The translations under genes and the position numbers were made by a program. This document shows positions 52,001 to 62,211 of a DNA stretch of 64,000 nucleotides, in pieces. The DNA comes from Candidatus Heimdallarchaeota archaeon (GTDB lineage Archaea > Asgardarchaeota > Heimdallarchaeia > JABLTI01). Every line of letters begins with the position of its first letter. Position 1 is the stretch's first letter. The notes beneath the pieces are model-generated. The model was not told the DNA's origin. It saw only the letters and a list, made by a program, of their open reading frames with translations, and did not search any database. The DNA lies in the NCBI GenBank assembly GCA_019058275.1, contig JAHLVW010000099.1, forward strand, positions 1 to 64,000, written 5' to 3'.

Positions 52001-52113
52001 GGTTCAGATAAAACAATATCATTACGAGTCATCTTAACTACAACTGCTGAAGTTAATACTGAAATAATTATTGCTGATGAAATGAGTATGAATCCATAGA
52101 ATTGCTGTTTCAT
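49096..52113 (-). CDS. Large single-pass membrane protein: extracellular beta-rich region, helical cytoplasmic region, C-terminal zinc ribbon plus RING-like domain
   Basis: N-terminal signal/TM, DxDxD motifs, TM at ~aa 670-690, CFSC..CPNC then CSVCKLPISFG..CYHC....H..H..EW....CPIC. Confidence 0.8.
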   Translation of the reverse strand: MKQQFYGFILISSAIIISVLTSAVVVKMTRNDIVLSEPVKINNFNCLLENFTKFNLNDAEFSSQDFNNSYTMNELVTINTTATYTGSIASLGSIRNGTGHNHGVIQLFTFTDDYYSATSYDSVVYKDVQSKETNYINGKVIKTSFNNTNTNPMLIAIKEFDSIYRFIDFFTVTSSSLTLAYSYNISSSVLNETYAFDIFDIDQDNIYELYVIGKNSTDLSQNTVIELTYNSIANDYEISTSFNWDGTDHIVIDVETIAETDDVNFIITGVNVPTVESYLEAITINKGVTRNFVFIDSLTINYGVDDFRVYGMKLYKSKSLANDGIVLFGSYIYAISGTEPSCITTSFSSGNFGTIQLSIMNQTPSWSLDGQVVDLDLDGQDEIIAISYDLFNVDVSKYTILVGDDMAQTDTYSSDLKQISSSTTLKLFDIQISSSLGKNNLNNPSIEFYLAQHLAFNVRGNAEVLLENSENELYIQPTDLVGNNVSRSDLTIQAKVDSNLDINYTIAELPGNVTLNVNEITTTIENEQIEFTVLQNSRIIRKYELIIDVDFKPEIELVLQPSPITIRRVDSISHIIELTFNNRLSRDLQVKVNIYSAYIDQGVSYFYNFSSDSTTTKELSIVFIGFTPKSKYTEEVTITLVTGAGTYQFSTLYKVTNKFHLTSNDLFVTLWVAIALVLVLYIVFGLQMYKRTEQKLDRYFAGKGTADLEFKALRKRALSSLLEKYISQGNWKSGLKLASEHVPRYTQQFHKFKARDQLKMGQKSINEAKFEDGLILWQEAKESLEIIAVHELIDILDWLIKPLERIIDIKGTMKGSEKANALQKEFHNLSGMKEQQKVIYNIQLDIPLYIIAEELGLAFRDTKELQSSLNYLQLAYQEAPDEIKNCIVNEITSLISLGVTPSEMSLPVDQEAIMERISKRTTKCFSCGEERTNFQEACPNCGVDTILCSVCKLPISFGSEYLECYHCENIAHKEHLLEWVKVKGTCPICQQKLIPDKLSVVEKKD

Positions 52114-52147
52114 TTTGTCAACCTCATCGCATAAAAGAAAAAGGAAG

Positions 52148-54310
52148 CTACTTAGCTTCCTCTTTCACCTTTCTCCTTTTTACTCCAATGAATGTTAATA
52201 GACCTAAACTCATTAGAATTATTGGTAAAATAGCTAACATAGGTACACCTTGCGCTTTTGTTACTCCCAATTCATAGTATGGATCATCTTCAAGAGGTGG
52301 GTCTTCACCAAAATATAAGCCAAAGTAACCATCACGAATGATTCTTTCTACCCAGACAAAGTATGTACCAGTTGCTAATTCCAAAGGTTTGCCAGGAATT
52401 ACTTTGCCCATCTTTTCCCATTGATCATTATAAACATGTGCTACAACGATTAATTCAGAAGAATACATGATTATTGCTAGAAAACCAGTATCAGAACTAG
52501 TAACAGTTGTGTTAATTAGTATGTTTGTATATTCTGAATCCAGTGTCCATTGATTATATGGAAAATTAGCTGATAAAACAAAAGTAGCAGTATTCCAATT
52601 AAGTTCAATAGCATCTTCTGTGGTATCTCCAGACAAGATCACTTCAAGAATGGTGTTACTAGATAATTTTTGAACTGAGAAGATTGTTCCATTTTCATCA
52701 GAATAAACTTCTGAAAATGTGAAATCGCTCATGGGTGCAAAATCAACTGTAATACTCTCTTTAGTTTCCATCCAGAGATAACATGTCGAGTGAACATCCA
52801 TATCAAAATAAACTTTCTTTGTAGAACCATCTGATAGAAATACAACAGAGGTAGTTGAGCCTAATGTCTTCGGTTCAATAATGATTGTAACATTGTATAT
52901 CCACGTTTGTCCTATATTGTTCATGTTGTCTATAGCAATAATATAGAATGAAATTCTTTCCCCTTCTTCCAAATCTGTGAAAGTTTCAACATATGTGTCT
53001 CCTATTGGATCCGTAAGTGTTGTAAAGTGCCAAGTAGGTTCAGGACCTCCAGTAAGATCATCGAATGTCCAATAAAAACCTGCAGTTAAAATTCCTGAAA
53101 TATCTTTAGGAGTTATTGAGATATCAATGAAAAACTCACCATCTAGTTCCTCATTTATTAGATAAGAAACAGTAATTGATGGTGGAGCAATATCAATCAA
53201 AACATAAAGAGATTCTTGAGTTGAGTAATCATAAGGTCCTCCAAGAGCTAACTCAGTCCAAGATACATTTGCATAAAGATATACAAAATATTCTCTCGTT
53301 AAAGATAAGGTCCAGCTTTCAATTAATTCAGGAATATCCATAGGATCTTCACTTTGTTGAAGTTCAACTAAATCAACACACTCTCCACCTGTATACTCAG
53401 CTATCCATGTAAATTGATTAACTACAATTCCAGATTCACCTGTATAGATAGAATTGATAATAACATCCTTCTCTTTTAGATTGGTTACAACATCAACAAG
53501 CTGTGAACCATTATAGTAATCTGTAGTTGACCCTACTCCTACAATATGTCCTGGATCACAATCTTCATCACCCACAATAATGAGTATCTTAGGAATATCC
53601 TCTCGCCAACCCCAGCTATTAGCCAAATATAATGCATCTCCCCAAGGTTCGACTCCACCAGTTGCTATCATATCTGAAATGAAATCATCTACAGCATTGA
53701 AATCATCTGTAAATTCTATGTAGTTACTAGGATGCTCTTGAGGATATTCTGAATACCTTGAGCAACCATATATCATTGCACCAATTCGAAGGGAAGCAAT
53801 TTTTGAGGTTAAATTAGCTACTATATCAAGAAATTCTGCTTTTACAGAATCAATTTCATTACCCATGGAACCACTAACATCAAACACCAAACAGACATCT
53901 GCTGCTTGTGATTCATGACTTCCAAAATCAATCGAGCTGTTTAACACTACTTCAATATTTAGAGTTGACGAGGCTCCAGGATTTATTAATAAAACTTCTT
54001 GGTGTTGGGGGTAACTTGAGGAGAATTCCGCAAATTCACCTATGAAGCCAAAATCTACATAAACATCACTAACAGGATCAATCCCTTGATTGTCCAACGT
54101 TAGATTAGCTAACGCACCACCATCTTTACCAATAGCGGTTTGATTTATATCAAGAGTAATAACAAAATCTTCTTGGCTATTGATTACAGGATTTTCATCC
54201 ATGGTGTCAGTTTTTATCTCGCCCTTTAAAAAACCAAAACTTATTCCACTTAAAAATAGAAAACAAACCAAAACAGTGATCATATTTGTTTTTCGCATTT
54301 CTTCATTCAT
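52148..54310 (-). CDS. Surface VWA-domain protein with C-terminal anchor
   Basis: MIDAS motif LVFDVSGSM, GGVEPW, IIVGDE. Confidence 0.88.
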   Translation of the reverse strand: MNEEMRKTNMITVLVCFLFLSGISFGFLKGEIKTDTMDENPVINSQEDFVITLDINQTAIGKDGGALANLTLDNQGIDPVSDVYVDFGFIGEFAEFSSSYPQHQEVLLINPGASSTLNIEVVLNSSIDFGSHESQAADVCLVFDVSGSMGNEIDSVKAEFLDIVANLTSKIASLRIGAMIYGCSRYSEYPQEHPSNYIEFTDDFNAVDDFISDMIATGGVEPWGDALYLANSWGWREDIPKILIIVGDEDCDPGHIVGVGSTTDYYNGSQLVDVVTNLKEKDVIINSIYTGESGIVVNQFTWIAEYTGGECVDLVELQQSEDPMDIPELIESWTLSLTREYFVYLYANVSWTELALGGPYDYSTQESLYVLIDIAPPSITVSYLINEELDGEFFIDISITPKDISGILTAGFYWTFDDLTGGPEPTWHFTTLTDPIGDTYVETFTDLEEGERISFYIIAIDNMNNIGQTWIYNVTIIIEPKTLGSTTSVVFLSDGSTKKVYFDMDVHSTCYLWMETKESITVDFAPMSDFTFSEVYSDENGTIFSVQKLSSNTILEVILSGDTTEDAIELNWNTATFVLSANFPYNQWTLDSEYTNILINTTVTSSDTGFLAIIMYSSELIVVAHVYNDQWEKMGKVIPGKPLELATGTYFVWVERIIRDGYFGLYFGEDPPLEDDPYYELGVTKAQGVPMLAILPIILMSLGLLTFIGVKRRKVKEEAK

Positions 54311-54450
54311 CCACCCAAATTTTTTGATGAATACTATTCTATCTCATGCCTAGTATATACTATAGTCAAACTTAACTTAAACAATCTCTAACAATAGTTT
54401 CTAAACTGTTTTGATACTTTTTGAACGATAAAAGAAGAAAACTGAACTGT

Positions 54451-55560
54451 TCAGATTTTTGAGTTGAAATTTATTTCATTGCCTTCAAGTGTAATATATT
54501 TTCTTAGTAAATTACTAGTCAAACATGAATGAATTGGGAGAATATATAACAAATCACCAATTTCTAGTTTCTCTAGAATATCTTCTGTTGTACTAATTAG
54601 TCCATGCTCTTGACTAACAGAAGCTACAAATGTATTCTCGAGTGTTTTTCCCCAACCTTTACCTTCTTGTAGTGCTACTAACCCATAGTATTTTGTTCCA
54701 TCTTCTTTCTCCAGATAATCTTTTGAGAGATGAATAGCACCACCATATATAACCACAGTTTTTCTTTCTAGATATTTAGCAACAATGGGACAGGCAACAG
54801 CGATAGCTATATCCTCTTCTTTGCAAGATCCAAGTGATAACTGCATTACATCATAAAAAACAAAGTTGCCAGGATGGATTTCATCAACACCGGTAAAATC
54901 ATCAATAATACTGCAAGAAGGTGTATCGCCAACAGAAATCTTTACATGAGCAAAACCTTGCAGAAAGAGTCGTTCTTGTATGTTTATTAGTTTTAGAACA
55001 GTGTCTTCATAAATATCTTCAATATTGATTTTTGATTTGGATTTGTAGGTTTTTCCACTATAAGTTAGTAATCCTACAAAATTGAGATTTTCTGAGTTCT
55101 TAATATCCCTAATAACAGTTGAAAGCAAAGGTTCATTATCCCAGTGTATCCCTGTTCGATGATAATCTGTATCAGTTTTTATCCAAATATTTACTTTTGA
55201 TTTAATATTTTCCTTAAGGAAAGTTACAGCTTCTTGTGAATCAACAAGTAGATTCAAAGTGATCTTTTCTGCAAGTTTGTTTATTTCATCAATTTGTCGA
55301 ATGTTTAATACAAATGTAATTGTAATATCTTTCCAACCATGTTCAGCAAAATATTCTGCCATATCTACTGAAGAAACAGCTATTGCTGAAACTCCTAGCT
55401 CTTTGAACCATTCTCCAATATCCGCTGATTGGTGGGTTTTAAAATGAGGACGGAATAAAACTTGACTTTTTTTCGCCTTTTCAACCATCTTTTTGATATT
55501 ATTCATCACTCGTTCTTTATTTAGAAGAATTGTTGGTTTTTTCACTTGCATTACAATCAC
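54451..55560 (-). CDS. PLP-dependent fold-III enzyme (D-serine dehydratase/D-threonine aldolase-like)
   Basis: RPHFKTHQS, SVGDTPS, PGNFVFYD, SQEHG, PIHSCLT. Confidence 0.9.
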   Translation of the reverse strand: MIVMQVKKPTILLNKERVMNNIKKMVEKAKKSQVLFRPHFKTHQSADIGEWFKELGVSAIAVSSVDMAEYFAEHGWKDITITFVLNIRQIDEINKLAEKITLNLLVDSQEAVTFLKENIKSKVNIWIKTDTDYHRTGIHWDNEPLLSTVIRDIKNSENLNFVGLLTYSGKTYKSKSKINIEDIYEDTVLKLINIQERLFLQGFAHVKISVGDTPSCSIIDDFTGVDEIHPGNFVFYDVMQLSLGSCKEEDIAIAVACPIVAKYLERKTVVIYGGAIHLSKDYLEKEDGTKYYGLVALQEGKGWGKTLENTFVASVSQEHGLISTTEDILEKLEIGDLLYILPIHSCLTSNLLRKYITLEGNEINFNSKI

Positions 55561-55661
55561 TTCACTAGTTATCCTAAAAAAATAATCTTTAATAATTAAG
55601 AAAAAGTTTGTGTTTAAATTTATTAATCATTAAATTAGAAAAAAGATGAAAGAAAGGATTA

Positions 55662-57647
55662 CTAAGTTCCTTTCTTACGTTTTAATCTTCTTTTTATCAC
55701 AAAAGTACTATATGCTAATGTCAATGTTCCCAAAGAAATAACTGACCAAAATTCTATAGAGAAAACTCCAGTGGGGGTAGTTGAAGTTGTATTTTCAATT
55801 ACTTCAATAGTAATTTCTTCTGAATTCGAGAAACCAGCATAATCATTAACTGTTATATTAATGACATAGGTTCCAAGCTGAGTTATTGTTACATTGTATT
55901 GTGTGATTGATCCACCTAATGTAGTTTCAAGCTTATCATTGGTTCTTATCTCTATATCCTCACAACCAGAACCAGCATCAGATGCTGTCCATGTTAATGG
56001 AATATTTCCAGAAGGTACACTACTATCATCCTCAGGACCTGTAATTGATATAGTAGGTTTAAGTGTGTCAATATTTACTTGATAATGAGCAGCTGTTTTT
56101 CCTATGTTTCCAGCACCATCTTGAGAAACTATATGAAGATAAGATGTTCCTTCAGACAGAGCAGATGTCAAATTCAACCAGATATTATTATGAAATGTGC
56201 CAGTAGATTTTGTTGGTATTGTATTTGGATTATTATCAATAATATAATAGAAGCCTGTGATTCCATTAACATCTACAGGAACAGACCAATTAAATTTAGG
56301 CAATGGATCTGTTGACCATAAATTGGTATTTGGATGAGTAATTGAAGAAATTGTATCAGGAGCAAAAACTGTACAATCATAATGAATAGTTAAAAATGGA
56401 TCTCCTAAAATACACATTCCATAAAACCATTCAACATAGTAACCAATATATGAATAACCACTAGTAGATGAATTATAGCTGCTACTTGTTATGCCTTGAA
56501 ACCATTCATAAATACCTTGTCCAATAGTCTTATTTTGAGCTATTTGATTGTAGAAATAATCACCTTCAAGCATTCCGCCTGTTTTTGTAGTTCCTATAAC
56601 ACCAATAGAATAACTGCTAGAGAATAGATATGTTGTAGCTAAACAATTTGTATATCGCCAATCAGCTCCATGACAACAAAATAGATTGTAGAAATTGAAT
56701 GTTGGTTGTATAGTATCGATTTCTGTTGCTGTTGTATAACCTTCACCAATTCCGCTTGGACCGAAATAGTGTTGAGATGGTGATGCACCACTATGAGCAC
56801 ATAAATGTGCAAATTCATAATCTTGTGTTATTCGATTCTCCCAATCAGTATCATTAGTATAAGTTGCTGGTGTATGTACATCAGTTCTTGTAGTGTAAGG
56901 TGCATTTAACCAAGCAGGCCAATTATCATATGTTCCATCTGCCCATGATTGCCAATCATCATCAATATAAGTTAATGCTCTATGAGTTCGAGCAACACCA
57001 CCTGTTCGATAAGTGTGTAATCGATTTAGTAATGTTAGGATTTCATTTGCATTTGTTCCTCCAAATGAATATGAAGATGCGTCTATTCTACCAAGATAAA
57101 TTTCTGGATAAATATCACCTATTCCTGCTGTATGTATATCAAAAACACCATCAGGTTCACTATCAGTCCAACTTCCATCTAAATCTGTTAAATATAGATC
57201 ACAAATAAATGTCTCAGCTAGATATGATACTGCAGGTACTGCAGGATGATAAAATTGAGCATAAGGTAAATTTCCAATCAAAACAGCTCCAGATATCTGA
57301 TAAGTAGTATACCAATTTTGTAAAACAGTTTTAACTTGAGTAGCAGTTGATAATGAAGCTGTATGAATTAGAGTTTTATAACCTGTTCGATTCAAATCAT
57401 ATTCATACTGGTAAACTGCTGTTTGTATTGCAGTAATACCCCAAAGTGCATTTTCAACTATGATACCTACTGTTTCTCCATTTGAATAAGAATTAATGGA
57501 TGGATCATTAGATATCTTTTCAATGAAATTTGCTTGAACATCGAATGATGTTGAGAAATTAGTTTGAACTCCAATTGAGCTTGTAGTTGTTGTGGCTAAA
57601 AGTAATATAATCATAATAATTGGATATCTAAGTTTCAAATTAATCAC
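55662..57647 (-). CDS. Surface C25 (gingipain-like) cysteine peptidase with Ig-like domains
   Basis: GAVLIG, PEIYLGRI, HLCAHSG, LFCCHG, ILGDP; C-terminal TM plus basic tail. Confidence 0.65.
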   Translation of the reverse strand: MINLKLRYPIIMIILLLATTTTSSIGVQTNFSTSFDVQANFIEKISNDPSINSYSNGETVGIIVENALWGITAIQTAVYQYEYDLNRTGYKTLIHTASLSTATQVKTVLQNWYTTYQISGAVLIGNLPYAQFYHPAVPAVSYLAETFICDLYLTDLDGSWTDSEPDGVFDIHTAGIGDIYPEIYLGRIDASSYSFGGTNANEILTLLNRLHTYRTGGVARTHRALTYIDDDWQSWADGTYDNWPAWLNAPYTTRTDVHTPATYTNDTDWENRITQDYEFAHLCAHSGASPSQHYFGPSGIGEGYTTATEIDTIQPTFNFYNLFCCHGADWRYTNCLATTYLFSSSYSIGVIGTTKTGGMLEGDYFYNQIAQNKTIGQGIYEWFQGITSSSYNSSTSGYSYIGYYVEWFYGMCILGDPFLTIHYDCTVFAPDTISSITHPNTNLWSTDPLPKFNWSVPVDVNGITGFYYIIDNNPNTIPTKSTGTFHNNIWLNLTSALSEGTSYLHIVSQDGAGNIGKTAAHYQVNIDTLKPTISITGPEDDSSVPSGNIPLTWTASDAGSGCEDIEIRTNDKLETTLGGSITQYNVTITQLGTYVINITVNDYAGFSNSEEITIEVIENTTSTTPTGVFSIEFWSVISLGTLTLAYSTFVIKRRLKRKKGT

Positions 57648-57848
57648 AATAGAAAATGATAGCTTTACATTTATTAAGTTATTATTTACCGCACATCCGA
57701 GAGTTTAGATAGAAGAAATTTATAACAGCAGAAACTTTATACTTTTTTTCAGCCAATGCAGTGATTTTTGTCTTAAATCCATCTAGAATTAACTTTTTTA
57801 AACCCATTTTTTTGACTAATAAATAGATGAATATCTGTGTGATTTGAA

Positions 57849-59003
57849 ATGAAATATTTAGTGTTAGGTTCTGGGCTTATGGGACGAGCAGCTGCTTTCG
57901 ATTTAGCTAACAATGAAGATACAGAAGAAGTTAGATTAGCTGATATTGATTTCGAATTAGCAAAATCAATTGCTAAATGGATTAATAGTTCCAAAGTAAA
58001 ACCAATTCATGTTGATGTTAATGACAATTCTAAAGTTTTAGATGCAATGAAGGGAGTAGATTCTGTTGTTGCTTGTATTTCCTACAACTATAATTTTGCT
58101 CTAACTGATGCTGCAATTAAGTCCGGAGCAAATTTCTGTGATCTTGGTGGAAATAATACTGTTGTAGCAAAACAATTTACTTTAGATGAACAAGCAAAGA
58201 AGGCAGGTGTAACAGTAATCCCTGATTGTGGTTTAGCACCTGGGGTAGCTAGCATTATTATTGTTGATGGTATAAACAAAATGGATTCATTAGAGGAAAT
58301 TCACATAAGAGTTGGCGGATTACCTCAAAATCCCAAACCACCTTTGAATTACTCGCTCATTTTTTCCGTTCAAGGATTAACAAATGAGTATATTGAGATT
58401 GCTGAAGTAATAAGAGATGGTAAACTTACTAAGGTTGAATCATTAACTGAAATTGAGGAGATTATTTTCCCTGAACCTTTTGGAAAACTAGAAGCTTTCC
58501 AAACCTCAGGTGGTACTTCCACATTACCAAAAACACTACTTGGTAAAGTTAAGGAGTTAGATTACAAAACTATTCGATACAAAGGTCATTGCGAGAAAAT
58601 GAAAACGATACTTGACCTTGGTTTCAGAAATAAAGATGAAATTGATTATAAGGGATGCAAGATCTCTCCTCGTGAATTCCTCGAGGAAATGTTAATCAAA
58701 TCTTTAACACATGATGATGTTCGAGATGTTTCTCTTGTCCGTATAGAAGTGATTGGTTTTAAAGATCAAAAAAAAATGAAGGCTTCCTATCAAATAATTG
58801 ATTATTATGATGAGGAAAACGATCTTACATCTATGATGAGAATGACCTCATATCCAGCTGCGATTATAGCTCATATGATGGCTAAAGGTGAAGTAGCTAG
58901 AAAAGGTGTCATTACTCAAGAATTCAATGTTCCTTCAAAGCTCATGATAAATGAACTAATAAAACGAAATGTAGATATTGAAGAAAAATTCGAGAAAATG
59001 TAA
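57849..59003 (+). CDS. Saccharopine dehydrogenase family protein (lysine 6-dehydrogenase-like)
   Basis: VLGSGLMG, DLGGN, PDCGLAPG, VGGLPQ.P.PPLNY, YKTIRYKGH. Confidence 0.92.
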   Translation: MKYLVLGSGLMGRAAAFDLANNEDTEEVRLADIDFELAKSIAKWINSSKVKPIHVDVNDNSKVLDAMKGVDSVVACISYNYNFALTDAAIKSGANFCDLGGNNTVVAKQFTLDEQAKKAGVTVIPDCGLAPGVASIIIVDGINKMDSLEEIHIRVGGLPQNPKPPLNYSLIFSVQGLTNEYIEIAEVIRDGKLTKVESLTEIEEIIFPEPFGKLEAFQTSGGTSTLPKTLLGKVKELDYKTIRYKGHCEKMKTILDLGFRNKDEIDYKGCKISPREFLEEMLIKSLTHDDVRDVSLVRIEVIGFKDQKKMKASYQIIDYYDEENDLTSMMRMTSYPAAIIAHMMAKGEVARKGVITQEFNVPSKLMINELIKRNVDIEEKFEKM

Positions 59004-59036
59004 TTACATTTATTAGTTTAATAATAAATGAGAAAT

Positions 59037-59483
59037 TTACATTTCAAAATTAATTACAAAAGACTCTTGATCAGAATTTTCTATTGCACAGGGTCGAATT
59101 TCTCTTATTTTTTTAATCGCTGTATTGCCATCCTTTATCCCATAAATGAATTTCTCAGCAATTGCTAACATTAAACCAGTCCTACCACAACCAGCTATAC
59201 AATGAACTAAAACAGGTTTCTTTTCTTTTCGACTTCTCTCAATAATATTGAGAAATTCTTCAACTTGCTTCTTTTCGGGGGTATGATAATCTTCAATGAA
59301 TATTCTGTGATGCTCAAAGTTTTCCTTTAGATAATCAATATCTTTTATTCTATCAATTTCCTCTGTCAATGAAATAATTACTTTAATTCCCTTTTCTTTT
59401 ATTTCAATTAGATCAGCTAGCTCAAATGGAATCTCTGCACCATACAACTCTTTATCCTTTACTTTATAGATATCATAACCCAA
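59037..59483 (-). CDS. Dual-specificity/tyrosine protein phosphatase
   Basis: VHCIAGCGRTG (CX5R). Confidence 0.92.
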   Translation of the reverse strand: MGYDIYKVKDKELYGAEIPFELADLIEIKEKGIKVIISLTEEIDRIKDIDYLKENFEHHRIFIEDYHTPEKKQVEEFLNIIERSRKEKKPVLVHCIAGCGRTGLMLAIAEKFIYGIKDGNTAIKKIREIRPCAIENSDQESFVINFEM

Positions 59484-59542
59484 ATTTAATCACTGTAGTT
59501 TTATTTTAATGATATTAGAAAGAGTAACATTTGATATTAAAT

Positions 59543-60106
59543 CTATTTATCATCTAGTCCCCAAAACTTTTTTTCAGCTCCTGCTGCTTCTTTTCTCTTT
59601 CTTACTGTTTCGGGATCAGCTAATTCCTCGTCCTCTTCTTCATTTTCTTTTGCTATTTTCCTTGCACGCAGGTAAAAGGAAACAACTGAGATTGCTAATA
59701 TAAATGCTGCAAGAATACCAATTGTGGTTGTTATTGGATTTCCACTAGTGCTATATAGGTCTAATTCTAACTCGTAAAATCCTTGAGAGTAACCATAGGA
59801 TGATATTACAAAATATACTGTAGAACTATTATTAATTTCAAAAGTCTTAGTTTCATCCAAAGCTATTTCCTTTTTCACACCATTAACTGTTGCATTAATT
59901 GAATCACCAGTAGTTACGGTTACACTAATGCTTCCATTGAAGTATAAATCTGATTCCAAATCTAGTAGCTCTTTACTATCATTGTTAATAACAAAATCTT
60001 TTTTAGTATAGTCACTACTAGTAGGATGTAAAACTAATAACAAACTCGATAGTACTAATGAGATAATTATAGAACTTTTTAGTAATGATTTGTTTTTTAA
60101 CCTCAT
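59543..60106 (-). CDS. Single-pass membrane protein
   Basis: Signal peptide, beta-rich region, TM, charged tail. Confidence 0.65.
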   Translation of the reverse strand: MRLKNKSLLKSSIIISLVLSSLLLVLHPTSSDYTKKDFVINNDSKELLDLESDLYFNGSISVTVTTGDSINATVNGVKKEIALDETKTFEINNSSTVYFVISSYGYSQGFYELELDLYSTSGNPITTTIGILAAFILAISVVSFYLRARKIAKENEEEDEELADPETVRKRKEAAGAEKKFWGLDDK

Positions 60107-60117
60107 AGTCTATCTCT

Positions 60118-61539
60118 TCATTCTTTCTTTATTTCATCTAATTTTGTGATGGTTCCAAATTCCTCGGATGACTCATCTAATTCTTGAATTTCTTTAGACT
60201 CCTCATCTATCATATCGAAGACAATGAATTCTTCGCCGGAATCTGTTTTCACAACAGTATATGTGTCTTCTTTTGTAGCACCATTCTTTTTCTTCAATTG
60301 TTTTTCTAAAACTTCTTTGTTTATTATTTCAACTTCCAATTTGCTTTTCTTTATAATATTAAACAAATAACGACCTAATCGTTCGTTAGTCTCGAATTTT
60401 AATTCAATGAAATTTGGTTGAAATATCTCTTCTGTAATTCTTGTTTTATCGTGGATCGAGGATAATAATGACATTCCTTCATTAGTGTTTGGTATTTTCA
60501 AATGGAATTTATAAGTCTCAATAATAGTAAGTATTTCTTTTTTAAGAAGTTCAATATTAATCTGATTTTTTGCACTTATCTTTACAGGATTTTTTCTTAA
60601 TGATGCTTTCACAATTTCTACTTTTTCGTCTATTTTTTGCGCAAGATCTATTTTATTTATAACAGGGATTAATGGAATTTTTTCTGCTTTTATAGCTGTA
60701 AGTGTATTAATTGAAGCAAGTACCTTACGCTTAATATTTTCTACTGAATCATTTCCATCGATAAGTAGCAAGATTAAATCTGCTTCAATTATTTCTTTTA
60801 GAGTGGCATAGAAAGCATCCATTAAAATATGAGGTAACCGTGAAATGAAGCCAACAGTATCTGTCACAAGGATTTTTCTTCCATGTGCATCAAAGCTTCT
60901 AGTTATAGTATCAAGTGTTGTAAACATTCTTCCACTTACTTCTACATCTGCTTCTGTAAAACCATTCATTAACGTACTTTTACCTGCATTTGTATATCCT
61001 GCAATTGCTACTAAATCAAAACCAGATTTAATTCTTCTTTTTCGTCTTAAATCCTTTGATTTTTTAATTGTTTCGAGCTTCTTCTCTAATTTTTTAACTA
61101 ACAAGCTTCTTGTTCTTTTGGATCGATGGTCCTCTAATCTCGAACCACCTTCTTTTCTTAATGCGGCTAATCTGATTTGTGTTATTGCTTCTTGTGTTCC
61201 TGCTCTGTTTATGAAAATCTCAAGAATTAGTTCAAATCGGTCAATAATTGGTACATGCCACATTTTCACGAGATTACTTTCTTGTAATGAATCCAGTTTA
61301 TTTTCAATAATGATAACATCAATATCAAGTTCTTTTACTCGACCTTTGATTTGTTTTGCTTTGCCTTTCCCAAAGTAATAAGCAGGACTCGGTCTAGCTA
61401 AATTCTGAATGATTCTATCTACAACTTTGTAACCTGCTACAAAAGCTATTTCAGAAAGCTCCGATAAGTGATCTCCTTCATGTCTATCAAAAACAACTTC
61501 AACCAGTAAAGCTCTTTTTCTTGTATCTTTTGATGACAT
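60118..61539 (-). CDS. hflX: GTPase HflX
   Basis: IDRFELILEIF, GYTNAGKST, FTTLD, DTVGFI, NKID. Confidence 0.95.
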   Translation of the reverse strand: MSSKDTRKRALLVEVVFDRHEGDHLSELSEIAFVAGYKVVDRIIQNLARPSPAYYFGKGKAKQIKGRVKELDIDVIIIENKLDSLQESNLVKMWHVPIIDRFELILEIFINRAGTQEAITQIRLAALRKEGGSRLEDHRSKRTRSLLVKKLEKKLETIKKSKDLRRKRRIKSGFDLVAIAGYTNAGKSTLMNGFTEADVEVSGRMFTTLDTITRSFDAHGRKILVTDTVGFISRLPHILMDAFYATLKEIIEADLILLLIDGNDSVENIKRKVLASINTLTAIKAEKIPLIPVINKIDLAQKIDEKVEIVKASLRKNPVKISAKNQINIELLKKEILTIIETYKFHLKIPNTNEGMSLLSSIHDKTRITEEIFQPNFIELKFETNERLGRYLFNIIKKSKLEVEIINKEVLEKQLKKKNGATKEDTYTVVKTDSGEEFIVFDMIDEESKEIQELDESSEEFGTITKLDEIKKE

Positions 61540-61743
61540 GAGATCACAATCTTTTCTTTTGGATAATTAACCTCGACTCTAATGAAATAAAAGTTAGTCG
61601 ATGAATCCCAATTGTTATTATTAGATACAAATATCTTATTTGTTTAATGGGCATTAATCTTATGATAACACTCTTAATTGTGAAGAGATAGTTTCATAAC
61701 CAATAAAAATTTAATTGACATGATTTCAGTGAGATGATTTATT

Positions 61744-62133
61744 TTGTCAAAAGATATCCATGAAAAAAATCCTGAAGAAATTAAAAGTAGAATAAAGGAA
61801 CTTGATAAATTACTACAAGACGATCCAAAAAACATTGAAACTCTTATGGAATTATCTTCTTGTTATAGACACATGGACTATTACGATGAAACATTGAAAA
61901 TTCATAACTTATTAATTTCGCTTGACCCTCAAAATGTAGACTATCACTTTATGAAAGGAATAGTTTTAGTAGAAAGCTCTCGAGAAGATGAGGCTATTGA
62001 GATTTTCGATGCTATAATAGATAAAAATCCACAGCATCGTGATGCCTTATTTAACAAAGGGCTTGCATTGAAAAGATTAGGTAAAAACGATGAATCAAAA
62101 GCTGTTATGAAGAAAGCACATGCACAAAGATGA
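61744..62133 (+). CDS. TPR protein
   Basis: Three TPR-like units (ALFNKGLALKRLG). Confidence 0.8.
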   Translation: MSKDIHEKNPEEIKSRIKELDKLLQDDPKNIETLMELSSCYRHMDYYDETLKIHNLLISLDPQNVDYHFMKGIVLVESSREDEAIEIFDAIIDKNPQHRDALFNKGLALKRLGKNDESKAVMKKAHAQR

Positions 62134-62211
62134 TTAGATGTTAAAAATTTAGAAATTGGAGTTTATTAATAATAAAAAAGCAAAATATATTGGATTATAA
62201 GGGATGTCAAA

